The position numbers and the translations under genes were made by a program. DNA of 63,980 nt, filler included, from Octopus bimaculoides (Eukaryota), in the NCBI RefSeq assembly GCF_001194135.2. It is 4 parts of 4 records of this genome, joined end to end, with 100 filler letters (N's around TTAATTAATTAA, not from the genome) between each part and the next. Parts side by side here need not be neighbours in the genome. Positions count along the whole stretch, not along the records: positions 1 to 25,635 come from NC_068987.1; 3 more parts are not named here. One strand, given 5' to 3'. The notes beneath the pieces were generated by a model that made no database searches, was not told the DNA's origin, and saw nothing but the letters and a program-made list of their open reading frames with translations. Below, piece after piece: positions 11,850 to 25,356 of this stretch (the stretch's first letter is position 1; each line of letters begins with the position of its first letter).

Positions 11850-12691
11850 GCTTGTGTATGCATGCATGCGTGAATATGTGCTGGCATGTGTGTACATGGA
11901 AATTGTTGAGGAAGGTTTTACAGCCAGATACTTCACTTTTCATTATTCTGCATATATGTATGTATCTGTGTGCGTATATATATGTTCACATACACACACA
12001 CGTGTGTGCATTATATAATGTCAATATGTTAGATATATAGCTTAATAATGTAGTATAATGGTGTAGTGTTGTCTCTGTGGCATAAGGCACATTGTTACTG
12101 CTTTTCTGGGACAATTTGTGTCTGTATTAATGGTATATATTTGTTTTTCTGAAAGAAATAATGCTGTAGACAAAATATTATGTCGAAAGCAATGGAAAAA
12201 ACACCGAGACCAAATTTAGTTGGATCACCAAATAAAGATTTCCAATCATCTGTGGGAAGAGAAAGAAAAAGGTTATATTAGTTTTCACACATCAACATTA
12301 TTATCAGCACCATATATATGCATGTATGTACAACAGACACGCATACATATATATATATATATAACATCATCATTGTTTTAACATCCACTGTTCTATGTTT
12401 GCATAGGCCAGACAAGTTTATTGAGGCAGACTCTTTATGGCTGGATGCCCTTCATGTCACCAACCCTCACCAGTTTCCAAGCATGGTAATATGTCCCCAT
12501 GGGCAGACATGATTTTGCAGAATATTGGAAACGAAGGACATTCATATACAATAATTCTATGTTTGATGGACACAAACATACAGGCACACACACACACACA
12601 TTATTCTTTAACAAGAATAATGTTAACAGTGACACTGAAGCTTTTGGCCAGCTAAGCCATCACTGGATTTCTTGAATTCATCTTCGCTTTA

Positions 12692-13940
12692 TGAGGTGAT
12701 ATCAAAATGTTCCCAGACTAGTTCTGTAGCATACTAACTGATGGTACCACACAGTTGCATGCACAGTGAGAGCTAGCAGTGACCTTCATGAGGCACTGTG
12801 TTGAGTAACATCACTGTGTTTACTTTGAAAGTTGTGAAATTTGCTTTTTTGTCATGAACAAGAAGTTGGAACAAAGAGTTAACATGAAATTTGGTGTTAA
12901 ACTTGAGAAGTCTGTTACAGAAGCATTGAGCATGCTTTGGCAAGCTTACGGTAATGAAGCAATAGGTCATATGCAATGTTTAGAGGAGCATAGGCACTTC
13001 ATAAGTGGAAGAACATCCCTGGATAGTGAAGAGCAATCTCGAAGTCCTGCCACTAGCATCACTCCTGGAAATGTGGAGAAAATTCATCAGTTTGTGCATG
13101 AGGATCATTAGAGGACAATCAACAACATCGTTGGTGTTGTTGGTCTGTTGTATGGGTCTGTGCAGGCAATATTGATGTTTGAATTGAACATGTGGTGTGT
13201 CTCTGCCAAGTCTGTTCCCTGCCTGCTGACCACTGAACAGAAAGAATATCATGTCAAAGTCTGTCAAGATCTCTGTCAGTGTGCCACTGATGACCCAGCC
13301 TTCATGTTGAGGATCATCACCAGTGAAAAGAGTTGGGTCTGCAGGACCCTGAGATGAAACATCAGTCGTCAAAATGGAAAAGGCCTTCATCTCCATGAAG
13401 AAGGCACAACAGAGCATGTTCATCATTTTTTTCAACATCCGTGATATTGTGCACTGATAATTCATACCCCAGGGCTAGACCATCAATTGAGAGCTCTACT
13501 GCAACGTTTTGAAGCATTTGAGGGAAGACATAAGGTGAAAGCGACTGGATATGTGGGGCATGAAGAATTGGATTCTTCATGAAGACAATGCACCCTATCA
13601 CTGAGCTCTCCTCACTCACCAAAAACATGGTATCGCTTCCACATTCACCCTATTTGCCAGATTTAGCACCTGCAGATTTCCATTCCTTCCTCAAGATGAA
13701 AATGCAGCTCAAAAGTCACTGTTTTAACACCATTGTGGAGATCCAGAGTTTATCACAGAAGGTCCTGGACTTGCTTATGGAAAATGGCTTGCAGGTTAAA
13801 TTCGAGAAGTGGTAGGAAAGCTGGGACCAGTGTATTACTGTGCAAGGCTACAATTTCAAAGGAGATGATGTAAAAACTTAGGTAAATAAGTTATTTAAAA
13901 TTAAACATAACTAGTCCAGGAACTTTTTGATACTACCTCA
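12692..13940 (+). mobile_element. Mariner transposon, full length, decayed
   Basis: TA-flanked TIRs tgaggtgatatcaaaatgttcccagactagtt / aactagtccaggaactttttgatactacctca. Fragments include EQRVNMKFGVKL, IITSEKSWV and LPHSPYLPDLAPADF. Confidence 0.92.
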
Positions 13941-13975
13941 TATATAGTCTCTGTTAAGTTAAAATTTTTTGTCAG

Positions 13976-15145
13976 AGGTGGAGCTCTATTAAATGATAAT
14001 TAGGTTGTAGGATAGGTTGTGATGGAGAGGTGTTATGGAAAATTTCTTATTTAATTAAATTTGTTCAGAATTTATTCATGCATATAGAACTTTCTAATCA
14101 GCTGTGTCTATTTAGGTGTGTCAGTTTCAGGTTATTGGGTTGTTTTCAGGGGTTCTCAAAAAAATATAGGTTAGTGGAAGGTGTTAATTGGTCACTATAT
14201 GAAACACTAGGTTAAGTCGTTTTCCCAAATTTCAACTTAAATTCTCATCAAAATTATCTCATACAAGTGCACATACTTAGATTCACACACATATATATAT
14301 GCACACACATACAGATATGCAAGGAAAATAGAGGACTAATCTGGCTTAGAATTTTTCTTTTTTTAATTCTATTTTTATAAATAATTAGATGCCCAACTTT
14401 TTTATAATACCCCACTTTTGCATTTATTCATAGATCAAAAATAATATATTATAAAATTCCTATAGTTGAAACTGAATAAAAGAAATATTTATTAAAAACA
14501 GTCCACAAACTGTACCTCCCTAAAACAAAGGTTAAAATTTCTAAATAGTAACCAAATAACTTTTAGAACAATTGATTCCCAGAGAGAAATCTGCAGACCA
14601 GCCAGCCTTCACATGGTCTACACACCTTTGTGGACATTAAAGCATAAGATAAACAAATTTCTAAACAACACCATAACATGATTGGTAGATAACCCCCACC
14701 TTCTTCAAACAAACAGGTGAAATCTCCTAAATAACACCAACAACAAATGGAGAGATCTGCTGACCAACTAAATGCAGCCCCTACATACATTCTTTTATGA
14801 ACCTTTAAAAACTGCATGAACTAAAAGCTGGCACACCTAAATAAACACAATTACAAAGGCTTAAATGCTGGCCTGAACTCTGAACCATAATCTTCACATT
14901 CCTAAAACAAAAGGTTAAATCTCTCATTAGTATCCAAATAATACCATCAACAACTAAACCTAGTGGCACAGATGCTGATCAGCTTAAATAGACACAGTCT
15001 ATTTAGGTGTGTCAGTTTCAAGTCAAAGTTGTTCATGCATGAATAAATTCTGAACAAATAACACAATCTCAAATTTAATCAATAAAAAATTTCTGGAACA
15101 TCACTCCATCACAACCTACTCAACTTATGCAACAGAGTTCCACCT
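13976..15145. repeat. Complex inverted/direct repeat element (arms ~13976-14100 and ~15030-15145)
   Basis: aggtggagctct/agagttccacct and ttgttcagaatttattcatgcat/atgcatgaataaattctgaacaa are inverted. gtctatttaggtgtgtcagtttca is directly repeated (~14107, ~14996). Architecture resembles Penelope-type inversions. Confidence 0.7.
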
Positions 15146-15360
15146 ACCACATTCTAACTCAAAAGTACTTAAATAAACCATAGTTAGGATGATGGCTGAA
15201 ATTTCAAAGTCACTGTCAACATTGTTTTAGTTTGAGAATAATAAATTTGTACTCTATAAAAAGTACTGAGTGATCCTTCAGTTTTGAATATAATTTTTAT
15301 CATTACACTCAACATAAAACAAACATGCATGCATGCATACCTGCCTGCCNNNNNNNNNNT

Positions 15361-15443
15361 GTTGGAGTCTCAGCTTTTGTAGCTGCTATTTCTGAACTTC
15401 GGTATGTGGTGAAGCAAATATTTGCTGATCCCTTAATTATGGT

Positions 15444-15450
<7 letters not shown>
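15361..15450. mobile_element. Fragment homologous to the Penelope-like element at 47720-47790
   Basis: ctcagcttttgtagctgctatttctgaacttcggtatgtggtgaagcaaatatttgctgatcccttaattat is shared between the two sites. Confidence 0.75.
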
Positions 15451-15477
<27 letters not shown>

Positions 15478-16366
15478 CGAGGTGGTATCAAAAAGTTCCC
15501 AGACTAGTTATGTTTAATAAAAAATAACTTACTTAAATTTTAACATCATCTCCTTCGATATAGTCACCTTGCACAGCAATACACTGGTCCCAACATTTCT
15601 GCCACATTTGGAATCTAGCCTGGAAATTATTTTTTGTAATAGGAACTTCTGTGATTCACTCTGTGTCTTCATAAAAGTGTTAGAAATGGTGACCTTTGAG
15701 CTACATTTTCATCTTGGGGAAAAGACAGAAGTCTGCAGGTGCTAAATCTGGTGAATAGGGCAGGTGTGGAAGTGACACCATGTTGCTTTTGGTGAGAAAC
15801 TCACAAGTGAGGAGAGCTTGGTGATAGGGTGCATTGTTGTCTTGAAGAATCAATTCTCTGCACTCTATAAATCTGGTTGCTTTCCCTGAATGCCCTCCCT
15901 GAAACACTCCAAAATATTGTTGATTGTCCTCCAATGATTCTCATGCACAAGCTAATGAATTTTATCCACATTTCTGGGGGTGATGCTCATGGCAAGTCTT
16001 CTAGAACTTCTTCATGGTCTTCCAGAGGTGTTCTTCAACTTTTGAAGTATCTGTGCCACTTGAAACATTGCGTATGACCCATTGCCTTGATACCATAAGC
16101 TTGCTGAAGCATACTAAATGTCTCTGTAGCAGACTTCCCAAGTTTAACGCAAAATTTCATGTTGGCTCTTTGTTCTAACTTTGTGTCTGTGACAAAATCA
16201 CCAGACTACAGCATACTCATAATCACAAAAACAAATTTCACGAGTAGCAAAGTAAACACAGCAATGTCATTTCTATCACTGCTATTTGTCACTGTGCACA
16301 TAATTGTGTGCTGCCACCTGTTGGTGTGCTACAAAACTAGCCCAGGAACTTTTTGATCCCACCTTG
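15478..16366 (-). mobile_element. Internally deleted mariner, same TIR family as 12692-13940
   Basis: TA-flanked cgaggtggtatcaaaaagttcccagactagtt / aactagcccaggaactttttgatcccaccttg. Minus-strand ILQDNNAPYH...LPHLPYSPDLAPADFCLFPKMK. Confidence 0.92.
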
Positions 16367-16619
16367 TATATATATNNNNNNNNNNNNNNNNNNNNNNNNN
16401 NNNNNNNNNNNNNNNNNNNNNNNNNNNNNNNNNNNNNNNNNNNNNNNNNNNNNNNNNNNNNNNNNNNNNNNNNNNNNNNNNNNNNNNNNNNNNNNNNNNN
16501 NNNNNNNNNNNNNNNNNNNNNNNNNNNNNNNNNNNNNNNNNNNNNNNNNNNNNNNNNNNNNNNNNNNNNNNNNNNNNATATATATATATATATATAATGG
16601 ACTCTCCTGTCAATTAGCC

Positions 16620-16898
16620 AACGTATGAGGGCAACAATTTCTTACTGAACGACTACACAGACAATTTGTTTATAGTGATCAAATGTTTGTGTAGACACAA
16701 GCTCACTCCCTCCATCAAATCAACATTACCTGTACAGGTGCAACTGGGTGCCACATGTCAGATATCAAAATGACTGCAGAGCAACATGAAATGAAGTGCT
16801 TTGCTCAAGAACATAACGCAATGTCCAGTCTGGGAATCAAACCCACAATCTTGCAATTGTGAGTGCAACACCTTAACCACTAAGCCATGTGCCTTCAC
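16620..16898 (-). mobile_element. tRNA-derived SINE
   Basis: Reverse complement gives a tRNA-like head (gtgaaggcacatggcttagtggttaagg...ggtttgattccc) followed by tgttcttgagcaaagcacttcatttca. The head is similar to those at 29250-29591 and 60140-60397. Confidence 0.8.
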
Positions 16899-17189
16899 AC
16901 ACACACACACACAAGGTATACATATATGCAAGATGTTATATATATATATACAAAGTACATGGTTTACTTTTTAATCACACACCCATGCCTGTGCTTTGGA
17001 CCAACTCGCAATAAAGGAACCAGCTATCCTAGTTGACAGCAGTGCTGGTGGTACAAGAATAGCTCCCAGCTCATTCTGTAAAGTGGCTGGCATTAGGAAG
17101 GGTATCCAGCTATAGAAACTACGCCAAAGATGACACAAAAGCTTGATGCAGCCTTTTCTTCAGTTTGGCTGCACTGTCTTCAGCACTTG

Positions 17190-18354
17190 TGTGCTAAAAG
17201 GTGATGCTCCAGTAGTTATGTAACTGAAATTTGACCTAGACTGCTTTAGTTTTCTTTCTTGTGTTACAGAGTGAACACAGCTACTCCACTGGCAGTGTGC
17301 ACCAAAAGAGAACAGAGACCAGTGATCTGATTATTCTGGTCTGAAGGTGTGTCAGGAGCTGAAATTTATCACAGGCTTTCAGTACAATATGGGGACAGTG
17401 CTCTACTGCACAGAAGTGTGTATGAATGGATCAGGGAATTTTAAAATGGTTGGACAAGAGGGTGCAGGATGACCATCAATCACCAGCACTGATGTGAAGA
17501 TTCAACAAGCTTGAGAGATGGTTCTGGTGAACTGACAGGTGATTGTCGACAAGGTGGCATATTCTCTGAAATTAGTCATGGCTCTGCATATGAAATCATC
17601 CACAATAAGTTTTGCTACCATAGATTCTGGGCAAGATAGGTGCCAAGAGAGCTTACTAAAGCGTATAAGCGCAATTATGTGGAGTTCCACCAATGCTTAC
17701 TTGACTGCTACAACAATGAAGGCAAAGCATTTTTGGAGAGAATAGTCACAGGTGATGAGACCTGGGTCCATCACTTTGAGCCAGAATCTAAAAGGGAAAG
17801 TATGGAGTAGGAACACTCAGAATCGCTAGTGAAAAAGAAATTCAAGGTTCAACCTTCTACAGAAAAAGTGATGTTGTTTCTTGGGACACAAAAGGGCCTA
17901 TACTGGAACATTACCTGGCAAAGGGTCCCAGTCACCAGTGTAGGTTACAGTGAAATGCTGGCCAACAATCTGAAACCCAGCAATTTACATTAAATGCTGA
18001 GGTCTATTAAAGTGTTATTGTTGCTCAACAATGCACACCCACACAGTTGAAACCATTGAAAAATTGGGTTTCAAGCTGTTGGAACACCCTGCATACAATC
18101 CAGATTTTGTCCCTTCAGACTATCACCTCTTTGGATCAGTCACACATCGTTTATGAGGTTACTTATTTGCTAGGGACAAAAAAATGCAAGAAGTAGTGTG
18201 TAAATGGCTGCATGGTAGGCAAAAACCTTCTTTGATGGAATAAGTACATTGAAAAGTAAGAAGACTATGTCAAAAAATGATGTAAGTGTTCAACCCTTGC
18301 TTTTGTTTTAATAAATTACAGAAACGAGTGCGTATAAATTTTGACTCACCCTCA
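17190..18354 (+). mobile_element. Mariner transposon relic (5' TIR not seen)
   Basis: Fragments EQRPVI..FWSEGVSGAEIY, RIVTGDETWVHHFEPESKRESM and HPAYNPDFVPSDYHLFG. 3' end aaattttgactcaccctca followed by TA. Confidence 0.85.
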
Positions 18355-18437
18355 TATATATATATTTATATATCTATACTTGGAAAAGGATGCGTGACGT
18401 TTGATCATATAATAATATAAATAACATATAAATATAT

Positions 18438-18625
18438 GTGGAGGCACAATGGCCCAGTGGTTAGGGCAGCGGACTCACGGTCATAGGATCGCGGTTTCGA
18501 TTCACAGACCGGGCGTTGTGAGTGTTTATTGAACGAAAACACCTAAAGCTCTATGAGGCTCCGGCAGGGGATGGTGGCGAACCCTGCTGTACTCTTTCAC
18601 CACAACTTTCTCTCACTCTTACTTC
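18438..18625 (+). mobile_element. tRNA-derived SINE 5' portion
   Basis: gtggaggcacaatggcccagtggttagggcagcggactc...ggtttcgattc contains Pol III A- and B-box-like motifs. Confidence 0.8.
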
Positions 18626-19599
18626 CCTGTTTCTGTTGTGCCAAATGGTGAGGGCTGTTGAGCCAAGGCAATAGAAAAATTATTATGAATGCTAAGTAGA
18701 TGAGCTATGAGAGGACAGGAAAAGGCACGTCTTTTCTTTAGGAAGGAAGTGGACAAAAAAATAGAGCCCTTCTCGTCATGTGTCAGCGACGAGAGAGAAG
18801 AATAGGGAAAGGGTGGGAAAGAAAAGTAGAAAGGCTGAAGAACAAGAGATGGAGAGAAATAGACAGAGAAGAGATAGTAGAAGAGTGCGCATCGTAATTA
18901 TTAAGATAAAACTTACTTGGAAAAGGATGCATGGCGTTCAATCATATAATAATATAAATAATATATAAATATATGCATATATCCATACACATATGTACAT
19001 ACCTACATATATATGTTGTTCGAAAAAAGTTCGTTTTCTATGTTTCCGTTTCTCATTGTGTTTAACGTATTTTTTGATGTCCTGTACCCATATATGCATG
19101 TATATATACATATATATGTAGGTATGTACATATGTGTATGGATATATGCATATATTTATATTNNNNNNNNNNNNNNNNNNNNNNNNNNNNNNNNNNNNNN
19201 NNNNNATATAGATAGATAGATATAGATAGATAGATAGATAGATATATACACATATACATCATCATAATTTAATTTCCACATTTTCATGCTTACATGGGTC
19301 TGATGGAACTTGTTGATGGAAATTTTCTGAGGCTGGATGCCCTTCCTATTGACAATCTCACCTATTTCCAAGAAAGGTAATATTTTCTCATGGCTGGACA
19401 TGTTTCCACAAAAAAATGGAAACAGACAACACTTTCTGTATGCCAGTGATCCACATTTTACAACTATCACATGATATCATTACAAGTATATACAAACACA
19501 CACACACAATGCTGTCAAAGTTTTTCTATACTTTGAATTTCTTGCTATCAAGAAACATGAATATTTCCATTTTTTTTTTCTCTCCACTGTCATCCTTAG

Positions 19600-19650
19600 A
19601 GATATCTGCAGGTTTTCACTATTTTTAACCCAAAGAACATAGGATATGTG
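19600..19650 (+). CDS. Candidate small exon (RYLQVFTIFNPKNIGYV), possibly of the host gene or non-coding
   Basis: Long polypyrimidine tract plus ttag acceptor, gtaagt donor, 51 nt open in phase 0-0. No homology recognised, and it is not directly phase-compatible with exon 31611. Confidence 0.3.
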
Positions 19651-22600
19651 GTAAGTAATGCACACATGAAGGTATTGCTCTGACAGTTGCTGACAATAAA
19701 CTGGTGCCAAACTAACTAAGCTACCAAGCTGAACCCAGGGTCAGTCCCTGTAGCTGATGACCCAACAGATGTTCCTCCCCCACCAACAGCTGTACATCAC
19801 ACAGTACATCCTACTGCTTCCCATTTTGGTGCTTGTTCCAACATCTAATAGATTTTGGAGGATTTTGGATTTCAGATGAAAGACTATCAGCCTGTAGTAC
19901 CTAATTTAAGAAGATTTAATGATAGACACTCTGCTTTGTAATTAATAATGAGAGTTACCTGACAGCTCATAGATACAAAGTTCAAATTCTATTAGTGAGC
20001 ACACTGATCTTTTCCTGCCTCAGATTAGTTCTTATCAAGATTAATATCATTGACACTGAAATCTTAACAGTTAATTCATGTTGTCCTCATTTTTAAGAGA
20101 ATAAGGAGATTTTCATGGAACTACTAGACCCTTTGTTAAAGGAGATCTAGTCACTGGATTGATAAGAGCAGCTTGTTAGTGCAGGAGACCTATTTTGGTG
20201 ATTTTTACAAATTCTAATTTCGGTGGGAACTTGGCATCAGTCCATGCTTTGCATGATATATGGATAAAGTTGGTACCATTATATGTAGCATTGTGAAATG
20301 GAAATGTCTAACAACAAAAGTACCAAACTATACTCACCATTGTTATATGAAAGTATAAACATTTGTAAAACACTAAAAGCACCACCAATAAAATCCATCA
20401 AGACACCCCATATGCTCCATCCTTCTGTACTCCGTCTTACACAATTCATATGACACTAAAAGTAAAAGACATTCATTAATGTAAAAAATAAACTTATTGG
20501 TTGATGTTGTTGTTGTTGTTGAGTATCTTTGGTCATTCCTTATCTAGGAAACCTATGACAAAATGTTTGCTTGATTGGCAAGATGAGACCCTCAGATCCA
20601 GCACTTCTCATAGACTAGGTCCCTACCTAGAAGAGAGCCCACACCTGCATTCTGGTATGGGTATTATGTACAAGTTTATGCATACCCCAAACCAACAAAG
20701 AAGCATATATGCAGTCCATTGATCTGATGGAAATAGCAGCTAACTCACCTTTGAGTCAAATCTCCACAGTCTTAAACAAAGAAGATATTGGTTGATGTCT
20801 TAGATACGCTTAAAAGATGGGATGGCTATCAGTGGAATGCTTTTGACCATAGATTTACTACACTAAGGATGACTCGAGGCTAAACAACAACAACAACATT
20901 ATCATATGTGGTAGTTATGTTAGAGGTCAAGGAATTATAGAAAGTCATTCATTTGTATATAGAAATGGACATGTGTAGAGAAATGCTGTAATTTATGTCA
21001 GGTTGAAGGTATTAAGTGTTGTTCTGAGTATGATGGTGATGATGACGATGATTCAAATAATGAGGATAATGATGATGATGGTATTGATGGTGGTTGTGGT
21101 TATGGTGATAGTAGTGTTGGTGAAGTTGATTAAGGTGGTGGTGATGGTAGTGGTGGTGACAATAATAATTAGCATAATGAAGATGATGATGTTAACGACA
21201 CATGTCTACATAATTAGATATGCATTCACTAAGAACTGACTATACAGGAGCAGCTCAGCTTCTCAAAGGCAAGTACAGGGTTATGGGAAAAGGTATGTAG
21301 TCTCTTAAAGGACTTGCAACCACTACAACCACCATCAACCTCAACACCAACAACATGAAGACAATGATGATCACTCAAATGACAAAGTAATGATAATTAA
21401 CCCTTTTGTTAAATATTTTCTGTTGAAATACACTTTGTTTAAATTAATTTAAAAAATAATAGAGAATGAGTTCAAATACTATAAGTTAAAAAAAAACTCT
21501 CAAACCTCCAGTCAAGTACATATTTCTCATTTATAGCTAGCTTAATGAACCCAGTGTTTTGTCAGTGTTGCAAAAATGCATATTGACCATGTTTGAAAAG
21601 TATAAAACTCATAATCTTTTTTTAATTTTTTTATTACAGGGTAGAATATATTTTAGTGGGGGAACACACACGGTTGGATATATACAGAAAGAAAAAATAT
21701 GAAAAAACACAGAAGATTTGTTTTACAGGATTAAGGAATACATTAGAGTCATAATGATAACGATATTATACAATTTTGTTCTTTCAACATAATCAAAGCA
21801 AGAACCAGTTTGGCATTGCTCATCAAGCTAAAAGTTGAAAAATAGACATATTACAAGGCAAGATAATTGTTCACACACTTATTTTACAGTAAAGGGGAGG
21901 TAAATCTGTAATTTTAATTTTTGGTCTATATTTTATTCTGGCATGTATCTTTCATTCTATTTTTATGCGATAAATAACTAGTCTTTTTCATTTCTTTGTT
22001 TATACAGTATCGTTAATGGTTTTTTTATTATGACTTAAGCTATATAAAGTTTAATCTTTCATTCATAATAATTTTTTCATTCATAATTTTTTTCATTCAT
22101 ATTTTTATCTCAAATAAACCTTTAGTTCTGATTTTAAGTTTCAGTTTGAACTACAACAACATTTTGATTAGTATAGTTTTTATTTTGCTTAACGACTTCA
22201 TATCATTGCTTGAAAAAAGTAAGTATTCTTGTATTTTTTTATTATTCAATTGATTTTTAATGATAATTAAAAAAACGTTTTTAGTCTTAAATAGTCTAGC
22301 TTAAACTATTGCATCATTTAAATATGTGCTAATACTATCTTTATTATTATTTTAACCTCAAACTTCGTTCAAATTGTATTTTAAACGAAAAAATTTGTTT
22401 AAGTTGGTTTTTGTATATAATATACATGTTAACATATATTATAATGGACGTAGGGTTGATTATGGAATGTTTATTATTTTGATATTTTTAATAATATTTT
22501 TCTATTCTTATATAATAAGTATTTTATATAAATTCATTTGTTATTTATTGTTGGTTGATATATACATTCATTTATTATTATTATTGTTGTATTTTGACGT

Positions 22601-23081
22601 AAAGATTAGCTATATTTTTGAATAGAATTGATTTTCGATAGTTTTAATCGATTTTAATCGATTAAAATTTCCTTTCTATTTGAAAATTAGTTATGAAACA
22701 CGTGTAGTCATTTTATTACCTTGTGTTGTGTTCTTGAGGAAAGCATTTCATTTCACATTGCTCTATGATCATTTCGATATCTGACATGTGGCACCTGTAC
22801 AGGTAATGTCAATCTGATGGAGTGAGTGAGCTTATGTCTACACAAACATCTGATCACTATAAACAAATCATCTGTGTGGTTGTTTGGTAAGAAAATGTCG
22901 AATCCTCATACGTCGTCTAACGACGTGAGTGTCCAGCATAATATATATATATACATAAGAAAACGGAGAAAAAATATTGTGGATACTTATTTTATTTGTA
23001 TCACAATATGAACATAGCAAATAGTTTAATACAAATAAAATTTAAATGAATATACATTAACATAAAATAAGCATAAGTAGT

Positions 23082-23196
23082 GTCTACACGTGTTTCAATC
23101 TTGTCACTATGTAAACAGTGCTTTGGGGGATTTGAACCATGTTAAGAGTTTTTGATGTAAAAAATAACAACTAAGTGTCTAGATCTCTTCAGGAGA
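23082..23196 (-). ncRNA. Degenerate type I hammerhead motif; an inverted 3' half lies at ~22695-22710
   Basis: Minus strand reads tc-CTGAAGA-gatct...agatt-GAAAC-acgt-GTA-ga. Palindromic ACACGTGT stem III, weak stem I. tgaaacacgtgtag also occurs on + at ~22694. Confidence 0.5.
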
Positions 23197-23329
23197 GTCT
23201 TGTGCAAAAGGCTAATGCTTACATATTTTTTTTACAGGAATTCAAGTTGGTGGTAAAAAACTTTCTGGATAAGATGGATGAGGACTACATATTCATATGT
23301 TAAGTATCTATATAATGTAAACATTAGTT

Positions 23330-23600
23330 TGTTAGAAAAGTAAGAGGGGATGCTGAGTCAGTAATGGTGGGAGGTATTAGCCAATCAAAACTTTCTAAAA
23401 AAACCTATTAGGGATTTGAAAAATGATGGTTATGTGTTTTGAGGGACATTATGGAATCAATTGAGAGAATATATAGACGTTCAAGGGTTGTGAGGGACAG
23501 TATGTAATTACAGTAAGATATTATGAATATATTGAGTAAAAAGACTGAATTAAAGAAGAAAGATAAGAAATAGGGAGGGATAAGAATATACATGTAAAAT
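23330..23600 (-). mobile_element. Possible decayed LINE (CR1/L2-like) RT C-terminal fragment
   Basis: ORF 23408-23593 has NYILSLTTLERLYILSIDSIMSLKTHNHH, reminiscent of the 'L.L.TLERRR...DLI..FK' tail motif. Weak. Confidence 0.3.
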
Positions 23601-24076
23601 AAAATTTAAAGGTACAGCTTTATCGTTTGGTTATGAAGAAAATTTTCATTAATTATTCTAAAGAAAGATTAATACTATAAGTATTATGTAGCATTTCACT
23701 ACACTAACAAATACATTATATTACGAAGAAAAACTATTAGATGGATAAAAAATTATACTATACTTACTTCTATGAGGAATTTAAAGACTTGTGCAAAATA
23801 AAGGAAGATATAAGGTAGTTATTTTTTTTAAAAAAAGGAACTTCGCTTCTCATTCTAAAAAATTTTTATAATATTTAGGAGAAAGAATTTGGATTAATTG
23901 ACAGATGAAACAAATTTAGAAAGAGGTATGTGGGGTATATAGAGAAGAATGGTATTTATTTTGCAAGTGAAGCATACTGTAGGTATGAATATAAACTATG
24001 TGTATGATATAGATACCTGCACATATACATACATACCTATATAAATACAAGCACATATACATATATTTATACATAC

Positions 24077-24134
<58 letters not shown>

Positions 24135-24412
24135 ATACTACATATGTGGTAAATTGGTGAGTGTTTGTTTGTGGTGTTGTTAGCTAACTCCTCCTACATC
24201 GCTTTATTGATTTTGATGAAATTTTACACATGAGTAGAACTCATATCTGGAAACCTAATGACATACTTAGATTGTTGAAAAATCGACAATACGGCCCCTG
24301 GAAGGGACCTTTATATCTACCTTATATAACTAATATCTTTAAACACCAAAGGGAAATAACTCACACCACCTACACAATATTGTTTAAACACTCAAGGGGA
24401 ATAACCCATTTC

Positions 24413-25022
24413 ATTGTTTATGTTCAATTACTTTGAACCAACAATCAGCTGATCTAATTCTGCATTTCACTACTCAGTTTTGAACTGCTAGACATTATTA
24501 TTGCACTTCCTTAATTTGAAACCCTTCATTCATACATTTCTATATACACATACTTTTTTGAATGCCCATTACTCCGATAATTCTGCATTTTTACAGTTAC
24601 ACTTTCTCCATGACAGTAGATAATTTTTTTTCCACAACCTATTTGTAGTGGCTTCATGCAGGCATAGTGTGGATTCCATCCTCGATTGCCAACACAATTA
24701 CTGACAGTGACCACCAGTGAGTGTGAATGTTATTATTGCACTTTCTAACCCATTTAATTGTTTATGTTTGATTACTTTGAACCAACGGTCAGCCAATCTA
24801 ATTCTGCATTTCGCTACTCACAGTTTTGAACTGCTAAACATTATTATTGCATTTCCTTAGTTTGAATCTCTTCATTCATATATTTCTATACATACATACT
24901 TTTTGAATGCCCATTACTCTAATAATTCTGCATTTTTACAGTTACACTTTCTCCATGACAGTAGATAATTATTTTCTAGTGACTTCATGCAGGCATAGTG
25001 TGGATTTGATCCTCGGGTGCCA
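24413..25022. repeat. ~345-bp-period tandem duplication (copies start at ~24413 and ~24758)
   Basis: attgtttatgtt...tactttgaaccaac...ttgaatgcccattactc...ttacactttctccatgacagtagataat...gcaggcatagtgtggatt is present twice. Confidence 0.9.
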
Positions 25023-25356
25023 AATTTCACTTAACACTTCAACAGTGCTTTTCTCGCTGTAAAACAATAGTTTTTCTATGAATGACAGCAGTTATACATT
25101 TCCCAGATGCCCCCACTAAGCAGAATAATGTCTTTGCCACTTGACCTGTCTAACCTCTTCTAGGCCACCAGGGGTTGCAATGGAGATAACATACTTCCAA
25201 CGAAATCATTTGTTCTCAACAATATGTCTATCTTTCTGGCTGCTTTTCATTAGTTATAAATAACAACCGAGTGAAATCCAGGGGTGGCAGTAGAGTTGCC
25301 GCTTTTGGTCTCCCTCAACCAGATGTGTTACCTGAAACCCTTGACATCAAATATGA

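Noticed and set aside
20990-21200. Hydrophobic Met/Val-rich ORF resembling a membrane peptide
   Set aside because: Degenerate (GAT/GGT)n trinucleotide tract.
21640-21760. Strong splice acceptor at ~21639 with short open frames
   Set aside because: No matching donor before stops; cannot be tied to the gene.
21960-22700. Possible nuclear mitochondrial insertion
   Set aside because: AT-richness suggested it, but I found no recognisable rRNA, tRNA or mitochondrial protein motif.
23238-23303. Candidate exon EFKLVVKNFLDKMDEDYIFI
   Set aside because: Good acceptor, but the only nearby donor (gttaag) is weak and would create TAG when joined to exon 31611; unsupported without transcripts.
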